Below, in pieces: positions 1-12,667 of a stretch of DNA of 64,000 nt. Source of the stretch: Eledone cirrhosa (Eukaryota); the NCBI GenBank assembly GCA_964016885.1, contig OZ024743.1, positions 334,614,001 to 334,678,000 of the forward strand, written 5' to 3'. Positions within the stretch are counted from its first letter, which is position 1. Each line of letters starts with the position of its first letter. The notes beneath the pieces are model-generated. The model was not told the origin of the DNA and searched no databases. It saw nothing but the letters and a program-made list of their open reading frames with translations. The position numbers were made by a program, and so were the translations under genes.

Positions 1-156
1 CAGCATCGGTAGAGGGTCGGGCGCCATGATTTATGGTCTGAGTTCAAATCTCGCCGAGATTAACTTTGTCTTTCATCCTTACAGGGTCGATAAAATAAAG
101 TACCAGTAATACACTGGGATAATTGCTGGCCTTGTGCCAAAAGTAGAAACAATTAT
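1..156 (+). mobile_element. tRNA-derived SINE, family A (5' end cut by window edge)
   Basis: B-box GAGTTCAAATC, central CTTTCATCCTTACAGGGTCGATAAAATAAAGTACCAG (Nin/Deu-type domain), tail GGCCTTGTGCCAAAAGTAGAAACAATTAT shared with many copies in the window. Confidence 0.85.
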
Positions 157-159
157 GAG

Positions 160-735
160 GGGAATTATCAACGAAAAACAATTTATATATCCCGTTCTAT
201 TTCCGGCGATCGCAATTCCCGGTGAGACCATGTTTTGCCATGTCCATTAACATGACACAAGAGCAAACATTTTCGGTGGCGGGCATCCATTTGGGCGAGC
301 CATGCTACTCTCATGGCCAACTTTATGTTGCCTGTTCCCGCGTAGGGAGCAGGAATGGACTTTTTGCTTACACTCCTCAAGGGATGACACGCAATATCGT
401 CTACAAAGAGGTGCTATAGATGTTGGTACAGGTGTTGGAGGTGTTGGAGCTATGCCGTCTGGAAAACTGGTAGGGTCACTCATGGCGGATAGATCTGACA
501 CCCAGCGGCATCAGGGCCACAATATTGCAGCTTTGGTCACCTAAATTCGCTATTGGAAGATTATTAACCCATCATTGATTGTTCAAAATGCTAATTGGTT
601 CGTAACTTTTAATAACCGGTTCAACTGCTTTATGCACTTAATTGATAAGCTTATTCGCTTTCAAGCCACGTTTACCTGTATGTAACTTTTCATAGCAAAT
701 GAACAAACCCGAGCAACGCCGGGTTAAACTGCTAC
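160..735 (+). mobile_element. Helitron 3' fragment (Pif1 helicase C-terminus plus terminal hairpin)
   Basis: ORF 222-419 has FAMSIN..Q.QT and SHGQLYVACSRV; 3' hairpin CCCGAGCAACGCCGGG at 708-723 followed by CTAC|T. Confidence 0.85.
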
Positions 736-1214
736 TAAGCTATAAACCTAAAAATTAATTACTCAGAATTGTTTAGCCTACTTAAAGGAACATCTGATCT
801 TTTATTTGCGGAAAAGAGGATAGCCAGGGACACATATTGGTTTACATAGTTCCATTCACACAACATAGTTTGTGTTAAGGTAGCAGTATTTTATCTATAT
901 AGTCGGAAAATTGAAATATATACGAGGTAAAATAATGCATATCAAATTAATATGTAAAATTAATAAATTAGCAATTATAAGAAATATCACAATTTAACTT
1001 ATGAGTTGCAATGGAAATTATGGCGTAGCTGTTATAGCGGTTGTCCCTGGCCATTTTCCGCCATTGTGTCCGCGAGGGCACGGCTGAGACACCGTCCAGA
1101 AGAGAGCAGTATCTGTTCCTCGCCCTCTCGCATTTTTCGTTGTTTGATCGTTTTTCCTTTTTCTTCGTTTCTTTTCCTTTTTTCTTCCCTTTCTGTTCTC
1201 TTTAATAGAGATTT

Positions 1215-1345
1215 CTCAATTAGGCACAAGGCCAACACTTTTTGGGGCAGGGAAAGTCGATTAAATCGATCCAGTGTGTGACTGGTACTTTATTTCATCG
1301 ACCCCGTAAGGATGAAAAACAAACCTAACCTCGGTGGGATTTTGA
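1215..1345 (-). mobile_element. SINE family A, partial
   Basis: Reverse complement of the SINE central domain and tail. Confidence 0.75.
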
Positions 1346-1599
1346 AATAGTGTGCTTTGTTTTTAATAGATACTGCTCAAATATATTTATCAGATTATAT
1401 TCTATTGGATGGTGTGGCTCGATTTATATTCCCTATACATAAAGAAAGGATGGGATGGACCATCTAGAAGACTGGTCATTGATTGGCTGAATTAAAGCCG
1501 AATTATGGCTAAATACGCTATTACTCAACAAACTGTAAAAGGTTTATAGTTTAACGTTGTTGTTACTTTTGTTTTATATCAGATTAGTCAAGTAAACCA

Positions 1600-1813
1600 A
1601 TAATTGTTTCTACTATAGGCCAGCAGTTTTGGGGGATGGGAAAGTCGATTAAATCGAGTCCAGTGCATTACTGGTGCTTTACTTTCTCGACCCCGTAAGG
1701 ATGAAAGGCAAAGCTAACCTCGGCGGGATTTGAACCCAGAACGTAAATTACCGTAACTATATGCCGTAAAGCATATTGCTCGGCGCTCTAACGACTCTGC
1801 CAATCCACCGCCC
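1600..1813 (-). mobile_element. SINE family A, full length
   Basis: Minus strand starts GGGCGGTGGATTGGCAGAGTCGTTAGAG (A-box), then GGTTCAAATCCC (B-box), central domain and tail; flanked by AAACCAATAAT duplication. Confidence 0.85.
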
Positions 1814-2234
1814 TAAGCAAACCAATAATAAACATGTATCTCAACCATGAAAAAATCCCCTCATTTATTTGTTTCTCTGACCTAGTGCATCAGATTATAT
1901 TAACCAATGAACTGCGACTAAGAACAGGTTTTACCTTTGATGTTTTAGTCAAACGTTTGTATATTATAGTAACAGACCTCTCAAATCTTGCCGCCCGACG
2001 GGAAGATCTCCCACCCACTTTGATGTGGGCGACAGATATCTTCTCTTGTAAAAATTGATATAGCTTTCATTACGTAAAATCTCCTCATTTGCCTCATTTC
2101 TCATCGTTTTAGGGCACCCTTTTTCATGGTACTACGTTTGGGTTTTTAGAGTTTGGCAGGTCTGTAGTAACATTACTCTACATGGGAGAAAATGTTTCAA
2201 AAGAAACATTAAATTTCACAAAACGTATATATGT

Positions 2235-2560
2235 AGGTATGGTCCGGCAACTCCTGGGGGAATCGTAGGGACACTAAAAATTGAGATGGGGCGTTTCCAT
2301 GGCCCTTTTTAAACCTAGCGGCCCCCATCTTCTCTCCATGTCGGAATACGGTTGATTTCTCTAAGAGAAAGATAGAAAGTGAAAGAATGTATGTGAGAAA
2401 GAGCTATAGAAGAAGAATCGACCCCAGCACTAAACTGATCCTTTTATTTTATTGACGTTGAAGAGAGGAAAGGCAAAGTTATCTTGGCGGGATTTGAACT
2501 CAGAGAGGAGAGAACTGTGACGAATACTTCAAAGCACTCTATTTGCCAATTCGTCGCCTT
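2235..2560 (-). mobile_element. tRNA-derived SINE, family B (same head, different pyrimidine-rich body and tail)
   Basis: Head and central domain as in family A, joined to a tail that recurs at about 17437-17655(-), 22860-23135(-), 33690-33865(-), 50955-51215(+), 57750-58000(+) and 61700-62025(-). Confidence 0.7.
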
Positions 2561-2787
2561 ATATAGTATTATACATTATATTATACATTATATTATACAT
2601 TATATTATATATTATATTATATTATAATACGAATCTATTGACATAATCTCTAAGTAAAAGAGCCAATGTAAATAGCATATTTAAACAGATATCATACAGA
2701 ATGTGTAAACAGATAGACTTAAATTAAATTAAACTGCTGAAGAGATACAAAAAGAGAAAACAAGTATTTTTAAATAGCACAGACAAC

Positions 2788-2823
<36 letters not shown>

Positions 2824-2854
2824 GCATATATATATATATATATATATACATAAT

Positions 2855-2892
<38 letters not shown>

Positions 2893-2900
2893 TGTAATTG

Positions 2901-2963
<63 letters not shown>

Positions 2964-3001
2964 CATTGCATATATATATATATACATATATGTAATTGCA
3001 T

Positions 3002-3045
<44 letters not shown>

Positions 3046-3162
3046 GCATATATATATATACATATATATAATTGCATATATATACATACATATATATAAT
3101 TGCATATATATACATACACACACATATATATATATACATATATATAATTTCATATATATATA

Positions 3163-3240
<78 letters not shown>

Positions 3241-3500
3241 CAGATATACACATACATATAAATATATCTATTTATACATACATATATAAACATACACATA
3301 TATATATATAGAGAGAGAAAGAGTTATAGATAAGTAGATAGATAGATTGATATATAAGTAGAGAGATAAATAAAGAGGTAGGTAGAGAGAGAGAGATAAT
3401 GAGAGAGAGAGAGAGAGATAGATATAGAGAGAAATAGGCAGATAGATAAAAAGGTAGATAGATAGACATCTTTCTTTATTATAGATAGATAAATAGATAA
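2788..3500. repeat. Compound microsatellite: (TA)n with recurring ATTGCA and (CA)n, grading into (GA)n/(GATA)n
   Basis: Directly visible; source of the spurious YIYI ORFs. Confidence 0.95.
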
Positions 3501-3505
3501 CTTTC

Positions 3506-6232
3506 TTTTCATTTGCCACCAGGGCATCAAAAAGTGGGACAAGTACAATGGGGGGAGTTTACATAAAAAGGCGTCCCCAATAAGGAGGAGGCAATAACAA
3601 GATATAAAAATAAAGTAAAATATAACAAAAATAAATTTAATAACAAAATCCTCAATAGGGAGGAGGCGCCTTGGGGGGTAGCACACACCCCCGAAAAAAA
3701 GTGTGCAACCCTTCTCCTCAGGAGCACAGAGAGGGGGTGCTCCCTTGATCTTTCATCTTCCTCACCTATAGTCTGATGTAGAGTGAAGGCCCATTCACAC
3801 GGGCCATTCTCGCCACTTTCACCCATCTTTCATAAAAACAGCTGGGGTGCAGCACCTCTCTCTCCATCCTGATCCTTCTTCCGAAATGATATCGGAAGAA
3901 ACGGACCAGTTGTTGGCCAGAGAGAAAGGTGTCTGACCTCAGTCCTTTCAGATGCGTCCACCATACAACCTCTTTCGCCATGGCTATTACACAGAAACAC
4001 CGCCTCTCCTTCATTTTTGAAGAGGGGCGGCGGCTTGATCGTTACAATAGACTCGGTGGTCAACCGGATCGGTCCCACTCTTGACAGCAGTTATTCGACA
4101 TAGCCCCACAGATCGGCAATGCCCGAGCAGTGTACCAATGCGTGTGCAACGGTTTCCTCGTCGCACACGCATCTGGGACAGTTCTTTTTCGAGGGGTCCC
4201 TACCCGGGCGCCCGTGTCTGTAGAACCTTTCTCGAACGGCCAGAGCCCCTCGGTAGCACTGCCAGACCAGGGACCTCTGGAAGTTATCCATGGGTCCCGG
4301 GCTGAATGTCCTACCGAACAGGTTGGCCAGTTCGTCTTCCTCCATGCCTAGGGCTTCTCCGAGGGTATCGTCGCACCTGCTAACCACCAGCCCTCTATAG
4401 AATGACGAGGTGGATTCTCCACTGACAGCCGGGTCCACCTGCCAGAGAGCCGTGAGCGCCTGGGCACACTCGGTGTGCCAAGCGCCCAGTTTTCTCGGTC
4501 TTTGCTTGATCCAGGATTGCACCTCGGTGAGTGAGACGAGTCTGGGAAAGGCTCGCCTCACAAACGGGGCCCACACAGATAGACCGGTGAGGAATACCTG
4601 GAGGTGCCGTAGCTTTAATGCGTGTTTACGTATCATTAGCCACGGCATCTCCAGCCCTCTTTTGGAAGGGTGTTGACAGCAGATGGATCTCCACACCATA
4701 GGAGCCCGCTTCTTCCAAAGGAATTGGAAGAGTGCGCGCTCCATTTTGGCGAGCGTTTCCCTTGGGCAAGGCACAACGGTCAGGCGGTAGTAGATGACGG
4801 ACGCTATATAAGTGTTCGCCACCTCCGCCCGACCTTTCAGGGACAGTTTGCACTCGGCCCACTTCTGGGTCAGTGGAAACACCCTGTTCGTTACCTCACC
4901 CCAGTTCTACTCCACCTGGGGGTCTGGCCCAAACCAGACCCCGAGCAACTTCACCGGGCCCTCCGTCCAGCGCCCGACGACGCCATCGGAGGGCATCCAT
5001 CTGCCTTTCCAGGTGCCGAGTTGCAGACTGATCGACTTGTCCCGGTTCAGCTTAGCCCTGTAAACCTTTCGTACTCGTCCAGTAAGGTGCCGATCGCCCC
5101 GATTTCCGAGGCCGTCGACACAATTACTGTTACGTCATCGGCGTAGGCCGACACCGCTTTCCGCAATCCCGGTTCCAACGGGATGCCCTGCAACAACTCC
5201 AACTTCCGCAGCAGTGGCTCTAGAGTCATTACATACAGAAAGGAGGAGAGAGGGCACCCTTGTCGGATGGACCGCGCGATTTCGAACGGCTCCGAGAGGT
5301 AGCCGTTCACCTTGACCCTAGAGCAGATGCGGCTGCTGTGCATGGCATTGATCCAGCCCCTGAAAACGGGCCCGAAGCCTGCCGCCGCTAGCATCACATC
5401 CAGGTAACCATGGTCGACCCTATCGAACGCCTTAGATTGATTCAAGTTGATCAGGGCCCCACCAAAGCCGGGTTTGTTCCCAACCCTCTCAATGATGTAT
5501 CGCATGAGGTGGAGATTGTTGTGGATGGACCTGGACGGGATAACACATGTCTGTGCATCTCCCACCAGGTTGACCACGACAAGCGCCAACCTCTTTGCTA
5601 GCACCTTGGCCAAATCTGTAACTCTGTATTTAGCAGAGTTATGGGCCTGAAATTATTTATATCGTCCTCTTTGTTCTCGTCCTTCCTCACTAGCGTGACT
5701 ACGCCCTTGGTCACAGCACAGGGAATTCTCCCGTTCTGTTGCCAGTTGCAGTAGACCGCCTCGAGGAGATCGGGGAACAAGTCCGGCATAGTTAGATATA
5801 GTTCGTATGGAAGACCATCGAGACCCGGGGATTTGCGTTTGCCGCATTGGCTCAGCACGTCCTCTATCTCAGCGGTTGAAATCGGCTCCTCGCAGGACTT
5901 CGCCTCCCTGTCCGAGAGACGCGGCAGGCCGTCAGGTATGGACCGAAGTCCACTTCCCCAACCGGCTCCCCGACCCTTCCGAACAATCTGGCAAAGTGCT
6001 TTTGAAAAGCCTCGCACATCTGCTTAGGTTCAAGGATCACCCGTCCATCCTGGTCTCGCAAAGACCGGATAGTGGATCTACACCCTCTTTTGGCTTCTGT
6101 CACGCGGGCCCAGTTAACAGCTTTGGTCCCCTCGTTTCCCAGAGCACGTATTTTGCTTCGGACGATGCAGCCTTCGTGTTTCGCGTCGAAGAACTGGCCC
6201 AGGGCCGTTCTCAACGCTAGCACTCTGGCCAC
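3506..6232 (-). mobile_element. Tx1/L1-clade LINE, 5'-truncated ORF2 pseudogene (copy 1)
   Basis: KSPGLDGLP, FRPITLLN, NQSKAFDRV, IRQGCPLS, SAYADD and C-terminal CPRC..E...HALVHC; several frameshifts; GATA-type repeats on both flanks. Confidence 0.92.
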
Positions 6233-7308
6233 AGATAGATAGATAGATAGGTAACTTTAAAGATACAAGTAACATTTAAAGTAAAACGAAACTGTTACAG
6301 CGTGAAATTACGATGGAAATATGGTAAAACGAAATAAGGAAGACAGATCAATATGTGATAAATAAAGACAGTGAATGAGTTAGATAAATATATACATTTA
6401 GATAAAGTTATCATTTGATCGGTATTATAAATACATTGATAGGAAAACTTTGAAAGAGATAAGTAACGATGGATAGATAAGTAACAGGATAGAAAATTAT
6501 TTATCTATTTACAAATAGATTTATAAGAAGGATATGAAAATAGTTTCTTAATGAGTAAAGAACCCATTGGAACTGAAAGCTAAATAAGATGTGTTGGAAT
6601 ATAAATGTTAAAAATCAATAAAAACAGACGACGGAAACGAGACAGAAACGAAATTTATATTTTTATTCACCCTCTCATTCTGACATGTTTAACCCATTCT
6701 TTATTTTCATACATGTCCACATATACATATATATATATATACACGCATGCATACACATACATACCCACACACGTTTATAGAGGGATACACATGCACAGAC
6801 ACACACATTTGCAATATATTTAATAAAATATATTCTGTTTAACCCATTCTCCAGGTTCATACATGCATACATACACGTACACACACACACACACGTACAT
6901 ACATACATACATAAACACATAATACATACAAACGCACACACACACACACGTATATATATATGAGAATGTGTATGTAGAAATCATTTGCAATATATTTTAT
7001 AAAAATATATAATATTCTGAAAATGTAAGCCGTGAATAAATCAAAGGATCTTCCGCAGCTGAAGGTTGATAAACTACGGGATTGTATGATAAATATATCT
7101 GATTATGAATAGAAAGAAAACATTGCTGGCTTACGTAACAGCCATTTACATAAGTGTAGAAATCTCGACCGATTCCTGACCTTCTAAGGCCGAAACCATT
7201 CCATTTATTTACATATACATTTTCATTCTAAAAGTAAATACATATTTATTAAACAGTGTCTCATTTACATAAATACATTCCTTCAAAACAACCGCATTGT
7301 ATGTACAT

Positions 7309-7570
<262 letters not shown>

Positions 7571-8179
7571 GGTGGCTGCCAACTCGTTTTCGAGTACGGC
7601 CACTACTTTATATCCATGTAGGAGAACCCCTACCGATGCGCTGAACGAGTGTGACTTTTTAGTCCAGCCAGCGACTTGAAAACTCTGGTACAAACACTAC
7701 ACTTGTGACAATTATTGACACATAGTGCTTTGCCTTTGGTACCAGGTGACGACAAGTGCAGAGAGATCTCCAGATATAAAGCAATGCCTGTGCCGTGAAG
7801 CTTTTATAGTGAGCAAAGGCACTGCACAAAGCCAGTCCCACTCTCTTAACCAAGATGATATTTACCAAAAAGAAGAACAAGTCAACATCATTGGATACCA
7901 TCAGGGTTGCAGGTGTTATATCAGAGTTTTCCTTCTCCTAGAATTCTGCCTTGACAAAGGCTAAGGGGTCATTTCTCCCAGTGATTTTGGATGGCCATTG
8001 ACTCTTAAGAGCTCCTTTGCCCTTTGACAGGTATTATTTTTAGTCCTGCAGGATGTCCAAAGTCACCCACCTCACCAAGAAACCTTGGTGGGGTTGCCAG
8101 TTTAGTCGCCAACGACCCGACCATGAGACAGGTTGTACTGGGATACATGTTACCAGTAGCACCAAGTGGTGACCTGACA

Positions 8180-8214
<35 letters not shown>

Positions 8215-8218
<4 letters not shown>

Positions 8219-8746
8219 GGAAAAAATGAAACGAAATTTCATTTCTCACTCTTAGTACAGCTGTTACTTAAATATAAGTATGTATACGTACATACATATA
8301 TGTATACAGACGTACAGTAGTATGTATATATATATATATATACATACATGCACACATATATATATGTACGTATGGATTCACCGAACATTTATTATAATGC
8401 TCGGTGTGTTTGTAAACAAACATCCCGAGTTAAGCCGTGCAGTGTCTAGCAACCATCGTTGCTCATTTGTTCAACACAGACAAAGGAACGCTGTACTAGT
8501 TTCAAGCTTATTAGCTATCGTCAGCAACGTATACCTTCTTGCCAGAGGATTGAACATCTGAAAGTATATACTTTCCTTATGCATATTAACGGCTGAGCAG
8601 CCTAATTTGCATATCAAGTGAGTTAATCGGCCGGGCGCACCGAAAACGATAAACGGAAAAAATGAAACGAAATTTCATTTCCCACTTTTAGTACGGCTGT
8701 TACTGAAATATAAGTATGTATACGTACATACATATATGTATACAGA
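8215..8746 (-). mobile_element. Non-coding HHR-bearing repeat (retrozyme-like or PLE pLTR-like), about 1.2 monomers
   Basis: Terminal direct repeat of about 95 bp (8215-8310 vs 8651-8746); HHR at 8488-8530; homologous to 23610-24422. Confidence 0.8.
8488..8530 (-). ncRNA. Type I minimal hammerhead ribozyme
   Basis: Minus strand ACGTTG-CTGACGA-T-AGCT-AATA-AGCT-T-GAAAC-TA-GTA-CAGCGT: both core boxes, stem I of 6 bp, stem II, palindromic stem III ACTAGT. Confidence 0.8.
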
Positions 8747-9700
8747 ACATCTGTTGCTAGGGTCTCGGAAGGAAAAAGAGTGTGCGTTGTAGCGTAGGTT
8801 AAAAGGGTTAGAGATAGACCCAATATAAGAGCTGGTATTCGAAGCAGTCTCAACCGTGCACCTATAGACTATGTTGGGTGTCAGGCAGTGTCCATTTAAT
8901 GGGCATGCATTGGGGGTAACGGCAGTTCCAGTTGCTTCTGCGGTTGGTGAGAGCAGGGTAGTTTAACGTAAGCGGTAGGTCAGTGCTAGAAGGATTAGAT
9001 GGGGGAGGTGTGCTACTAAAGTAATTATTGGTGTAGTGGCGTGGTGTATTTGATAGGGCTGGTGGTACCGCGGTGTGGGAGTTATACTGTCTTAGTTTAT
9101 GATGGTTACTGAATGCGATGTGGCTAGCTAGGTTAGGTGTTGTGGAGAATGAGATTTTAATGTTATTTTTATTAAAGAGTTTGTAATATCTATGGTTGTG
9201 GGGGGGGGGGATGTTTAGGTAGGATAGAGAAGAAGCGTCAATGGACGAAGAAAATCTTGTGATCTCTGTATTACCGAAGCATATTACATAACTCTATCAC
9301 AACCTCTACCGATTAACGATAGAACGGAGGTAACTATTAGCTGTCAACATCGAAGGGCTAATTCCTTCGCCAATAGAAGTTGACAGTCATCTAAGCCCAT
9401 TTTTACTTGTAGCTAATAAATTAAATTGCTCTGAACAACTTAGATAATTATAAGTTACCTCCCCTATATTGTCTCTCAATTAAAAACATTTTAAAATTAG
9501 CACTTAACTATAAATACCCACAATTTCTAATCTCTCGAGGAGTTACTTCCCCTGAAACCACCCTCTAATTAGTAAGGTAAACATGTCCTTTGGCAGCTAT
9601 CTTGTTACCCATAGGCAGATCTCACACAATACAGCCTCGACAGATGAATACTGCTTGATTATGGCTGACAACTGATGCAACCAAGACACCATAATAAAAA
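8747..9700. mobile_element. Penelope-like element remnant with inverted 5' part (GIY-YIG split across strands)
   Basis: Minus 8747-8930 translates NCR../..CPLNGHCLTPNIVYRCTV...SYIGS..PFNLRYNAH; plus 9240-9383 translates SCDLCITEAYYI...INDRTEVTISCQHRR*; both match the 44547-45776 protein. Confidence 0.82.
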
Positions 9701-10046
9701 AACCAATTATTGGAACATTATATTATGAAACATTCTCTCATTATTTTAATTTATATTCCTTTGAAGTTCCGATGAGCCGCTCTGTCTTTTAAATATGTTA
9801 ATTATTTTCAACTGAACAAGTTCAATTATGATATATAGTCATCTGATCCAGAAATATTATATGGAGTAGCGAAACAATTGTAAACGGACATTATTATTAT
9901 TAATATTATTGTTATTATTCTCTACATTCCTTACATCAAACTAAAATATGTTGACAATCTTTTAATAATGTCTACCTTGTGAAATTTGTGGTCTTGTTTT
10001 GCTTAACTAATGAATATATATACATATATATATGTATATATATATA

Positions 10047-10440
10047 ATAATAATGAAATTATTGTGTACAGTGCTCAGGTGCACTACAACGCATCAAAGG
10101 TACATGTATAGTACATAGAATAATGTACAAATGTCAGGAGAATGAACAGTGTTAGAGTCATAAAACACATGTGTGCGTGTGTATGGATGGGGGACATCAG
10201 GTGTAGTGTTGGAGAATCTCGGGGAGCATGGAGGTTTTAAGGGATTCAGTGTCTCGACAGCTAACAACTGATGCAGGTACTTTATTCCATGCTTCAGCAA
10301 CTCTGAGCGTGAAAAAATGTTTCCGAGTTCCATGTGTCTAACACACGTGGGCATGCCCACGTGTGTTAGACACATGGAATTAAAAAAGGTGCTCAGGGTT
10401 GTTATTGGCAAGATGGTTAATCATTTTGTGGGTGTTTATT
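10047..10440 (-). mobile_element. CR1-clade LINE 3' end with an internal perfect 52-bp palindrome
   Basis: Minus strand translates NTRGHA...RKHFFTLRVAEAWNKVPASVV (CR1 ORF2 C-terminal motif), then a 3' UTR with (TTA)n tail; palindrome at 10328-10379. Confidence 0.8.
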
Positions 10441-10479
10441 TTTCTATATACATGTATGTATATAATGTGTACATATATG

Positions 10480-10520
<41 letters not shown>

Positions 10521-10529
<9 letters not shown>

Positions 10530-11298
10530 AAGACGACGTTTTCTGTATGTGTGTATGTGTGTGTGGACAACTTTTAATGAGGGCTCATATATTCTAAACC
10601 ATTCATGCGATTTCTTTGAAATTTTTTACAGAGCTTTTCCTTGCACAAAACCTATACATGATCTACAAAGGCTTTCAAAAATCGATATTGGGACCTTTGG
10701 AGACATTAAAAAGTTTTCGGTTATTTGTGTGAAATTTCGTGATTAAGTAAGACAAGAGTTATCTTTAAGTAAGACAAGAGTTATCTTTAAGTAAGACAAG
10801 AGTTATCTTTCGTAATTCGGCTCATTCGGATTTTAATTTACTCTTTGTACTTGAAACAAGAGGTACGCTTCCTTGAGACTAACAATATCATTTTCTATAT
10901 TTCACAACCAGCAATTTCTAACAGATTACTAAATCAAGTTATAGATTTGACATTGTATAATTTATCGCTTCAAGCTTGATGTTCATACATTAAGTGATGT
11001 CATAAATTTTACAATATTATGCTTTATACATAATAGTATCTATTATTCACTTCACTTCTCTATTTGATGATGCGCTTTTACTGTTGTCAAACAAATTTAT
11101 ACCTAGACTGGATTTCTGTTACATGGTATAACGGATGACACCGAGGTCACATATTAATTATTTCGCTGGAATAGAGCCTAAGGTTTTCATGTTTACATAA
11201 AGTGCGTTTTTCTTCTACGTATTCAAATTTATTTAGTTTAGTTTAATGAGCTATATCGAAAGCTACTTGAACCGTCGAAAGGACGGGTAGTTTAGCTA

Positions 11299-11299
<1 letters not shown>
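10521..11299 (+). mobile_element. Non-autonomous Helitron
   Basis: 5' TATATATAAA..CTGTATGTGTGT like the 26527 element; 3' hairpin CCGTC-GAAAG-GACGG (11272-11286) then CTAG|T; internal 3x22-bp tandem at about 10745-10810. Confidence 0.7.
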
Positions 11300-11376
<77 letters not shown>

Positions 11377-11425
11377 GCATATATATAGTTATATATGTAT
11401 ATCTATATATGTATATATATGTATA

Positions 11426-11525
<100 letters not shown>

Positions 11526-11759
11526 CACGCACAAACACACGCACACAGACACACACATATATATATATATATATAATATCGTAAGCTTGATCCTGTGGAT
11601 TTCCTGAAGTTTCTCCTACGTTCTACAGATCCTCTGACTGTATATATATAAGCATACAAGCATTATCATTGATTATTTGGAAAGACATCATTGCACAAAA
11701 GACTTCCTGGGTTTGAAAGAGGACAGTCAAATGGGGTGATTTATTAAAATAACTGCTAA

Positions 11760-12035
11760 GTCTCGTTGACAGAATGGAGGCACGTGACCTGGTGGGAAGA
11801 GTGTTGGAATACAAACCTAATGTCGTGGGTTAGATTCCTGGATTGTGTTGTGTGTCGTGTTCATAAGAAAAAAAACAATTCATTTCGCGTATACTCAGAG
11901 TACCAGCAATAGCTGGGGGTTTAACCCTACAATAGACTGGCGTCTTGTCCGGGGAAAGTCTTGTACTCTCAGTCACTTCACTCCGCGGAAATCGCAATAA
12001 GTACTGGCCTGATGAGCCTCCGAGCTCGAGACATT
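11760..12035 (+). mobile_element. Degenerate SINE of a third, CORE-like family
   Basis: Shares GTACCAGCAATAGCTGG..TTAACCCT and DNA upstream of it with the reverse complement of 22190-22430; related pieces at 34390-34480. Confidence 0.55.
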
Positions 12036-12408
12036 CTTTTTAGACTCGTTTACATGCTAAACAATCGACACGAATATACACATTCCCCAGCAAGCAGTGT
12101 AGGATATATTTCACCAGACGTACAGTTCTTTCTCTCAAATCGAGCTACAAAAATTATTTGGCTCACAATTCAACTAACTTTCCTGCGATATTCTACCAAC
12201 AATCATCACAAAACATTCTGAAGCTGAATCTCCCAGAGTAATGGTTCTAAGGGTACACGTGTCTGTGGAATTCGCAGATGTATCACTTTATTGTCACGAT
12301 CACTCTGTCAGAAACGATAGAGATTCAACACACATGTGAATTCTAAATCTCTTCTCTGACGTGATAAATATACTTAAATAAATAAATAATTTTAATGTGT
12401 CTTCTTAC

Positions 12409-12525
12409 CGCAGTTATTTTCGTCATCGCAGGTATGGGCACAGTCACAAACTCCATCACACTTGTTCGAAATATCGATACATTCACCACTCTGACACTGG
12501 AATTTTCTTTTCGGACACTTCCCAC
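12409..12525 (-). CDS. Host-gene exon encoding an LDL-receptor class A module
   Basis: Acceptor TTTTCTTTGTAG, donor GTAAG; 117 nt, phase 1-1; GKCPKRKFQCQSGECIDISNKCDGVCDCAHTCDDENNC. Confidence 0.9.
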
Positions 12526-12667
12526 CTACAAAGAAAATTAATTTACGCAAAATTGTACATATGTATTTCATGTATTTCATAACGAATATATATATATATA
12601 TAATAATAATAATTATTATTATTATTATAAAATGTGGAGAAGGAACACACGAGTTGGAATATATATA

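Noticed and set aside
1613-1813. SINE heads read as tRNA genes
   Set aside because: A and B boxes are present but there is no cloverleaf, and the head is always attached to the SINE body
2724-3519. Many [16 protein letters not shown] ORFs here and at 7.3k, 11.3k, 17k, 21.4k, 23.2-25.3k, 50k and 62.7k
   Set aside because: Translations of microsatellites, not genes
4670-5146. Antisense ORFs over LINEs and the Helitron (also 30851-31468, 37119-37814)
   Set aside because: Shadow frames of GC-rich transposon coding sequence
10745-10810. 3x22-bp direct repeat read as a CRISPR array
   Set aside because: No spacers, eukaryotic context; a simple tandem inside a Helitron
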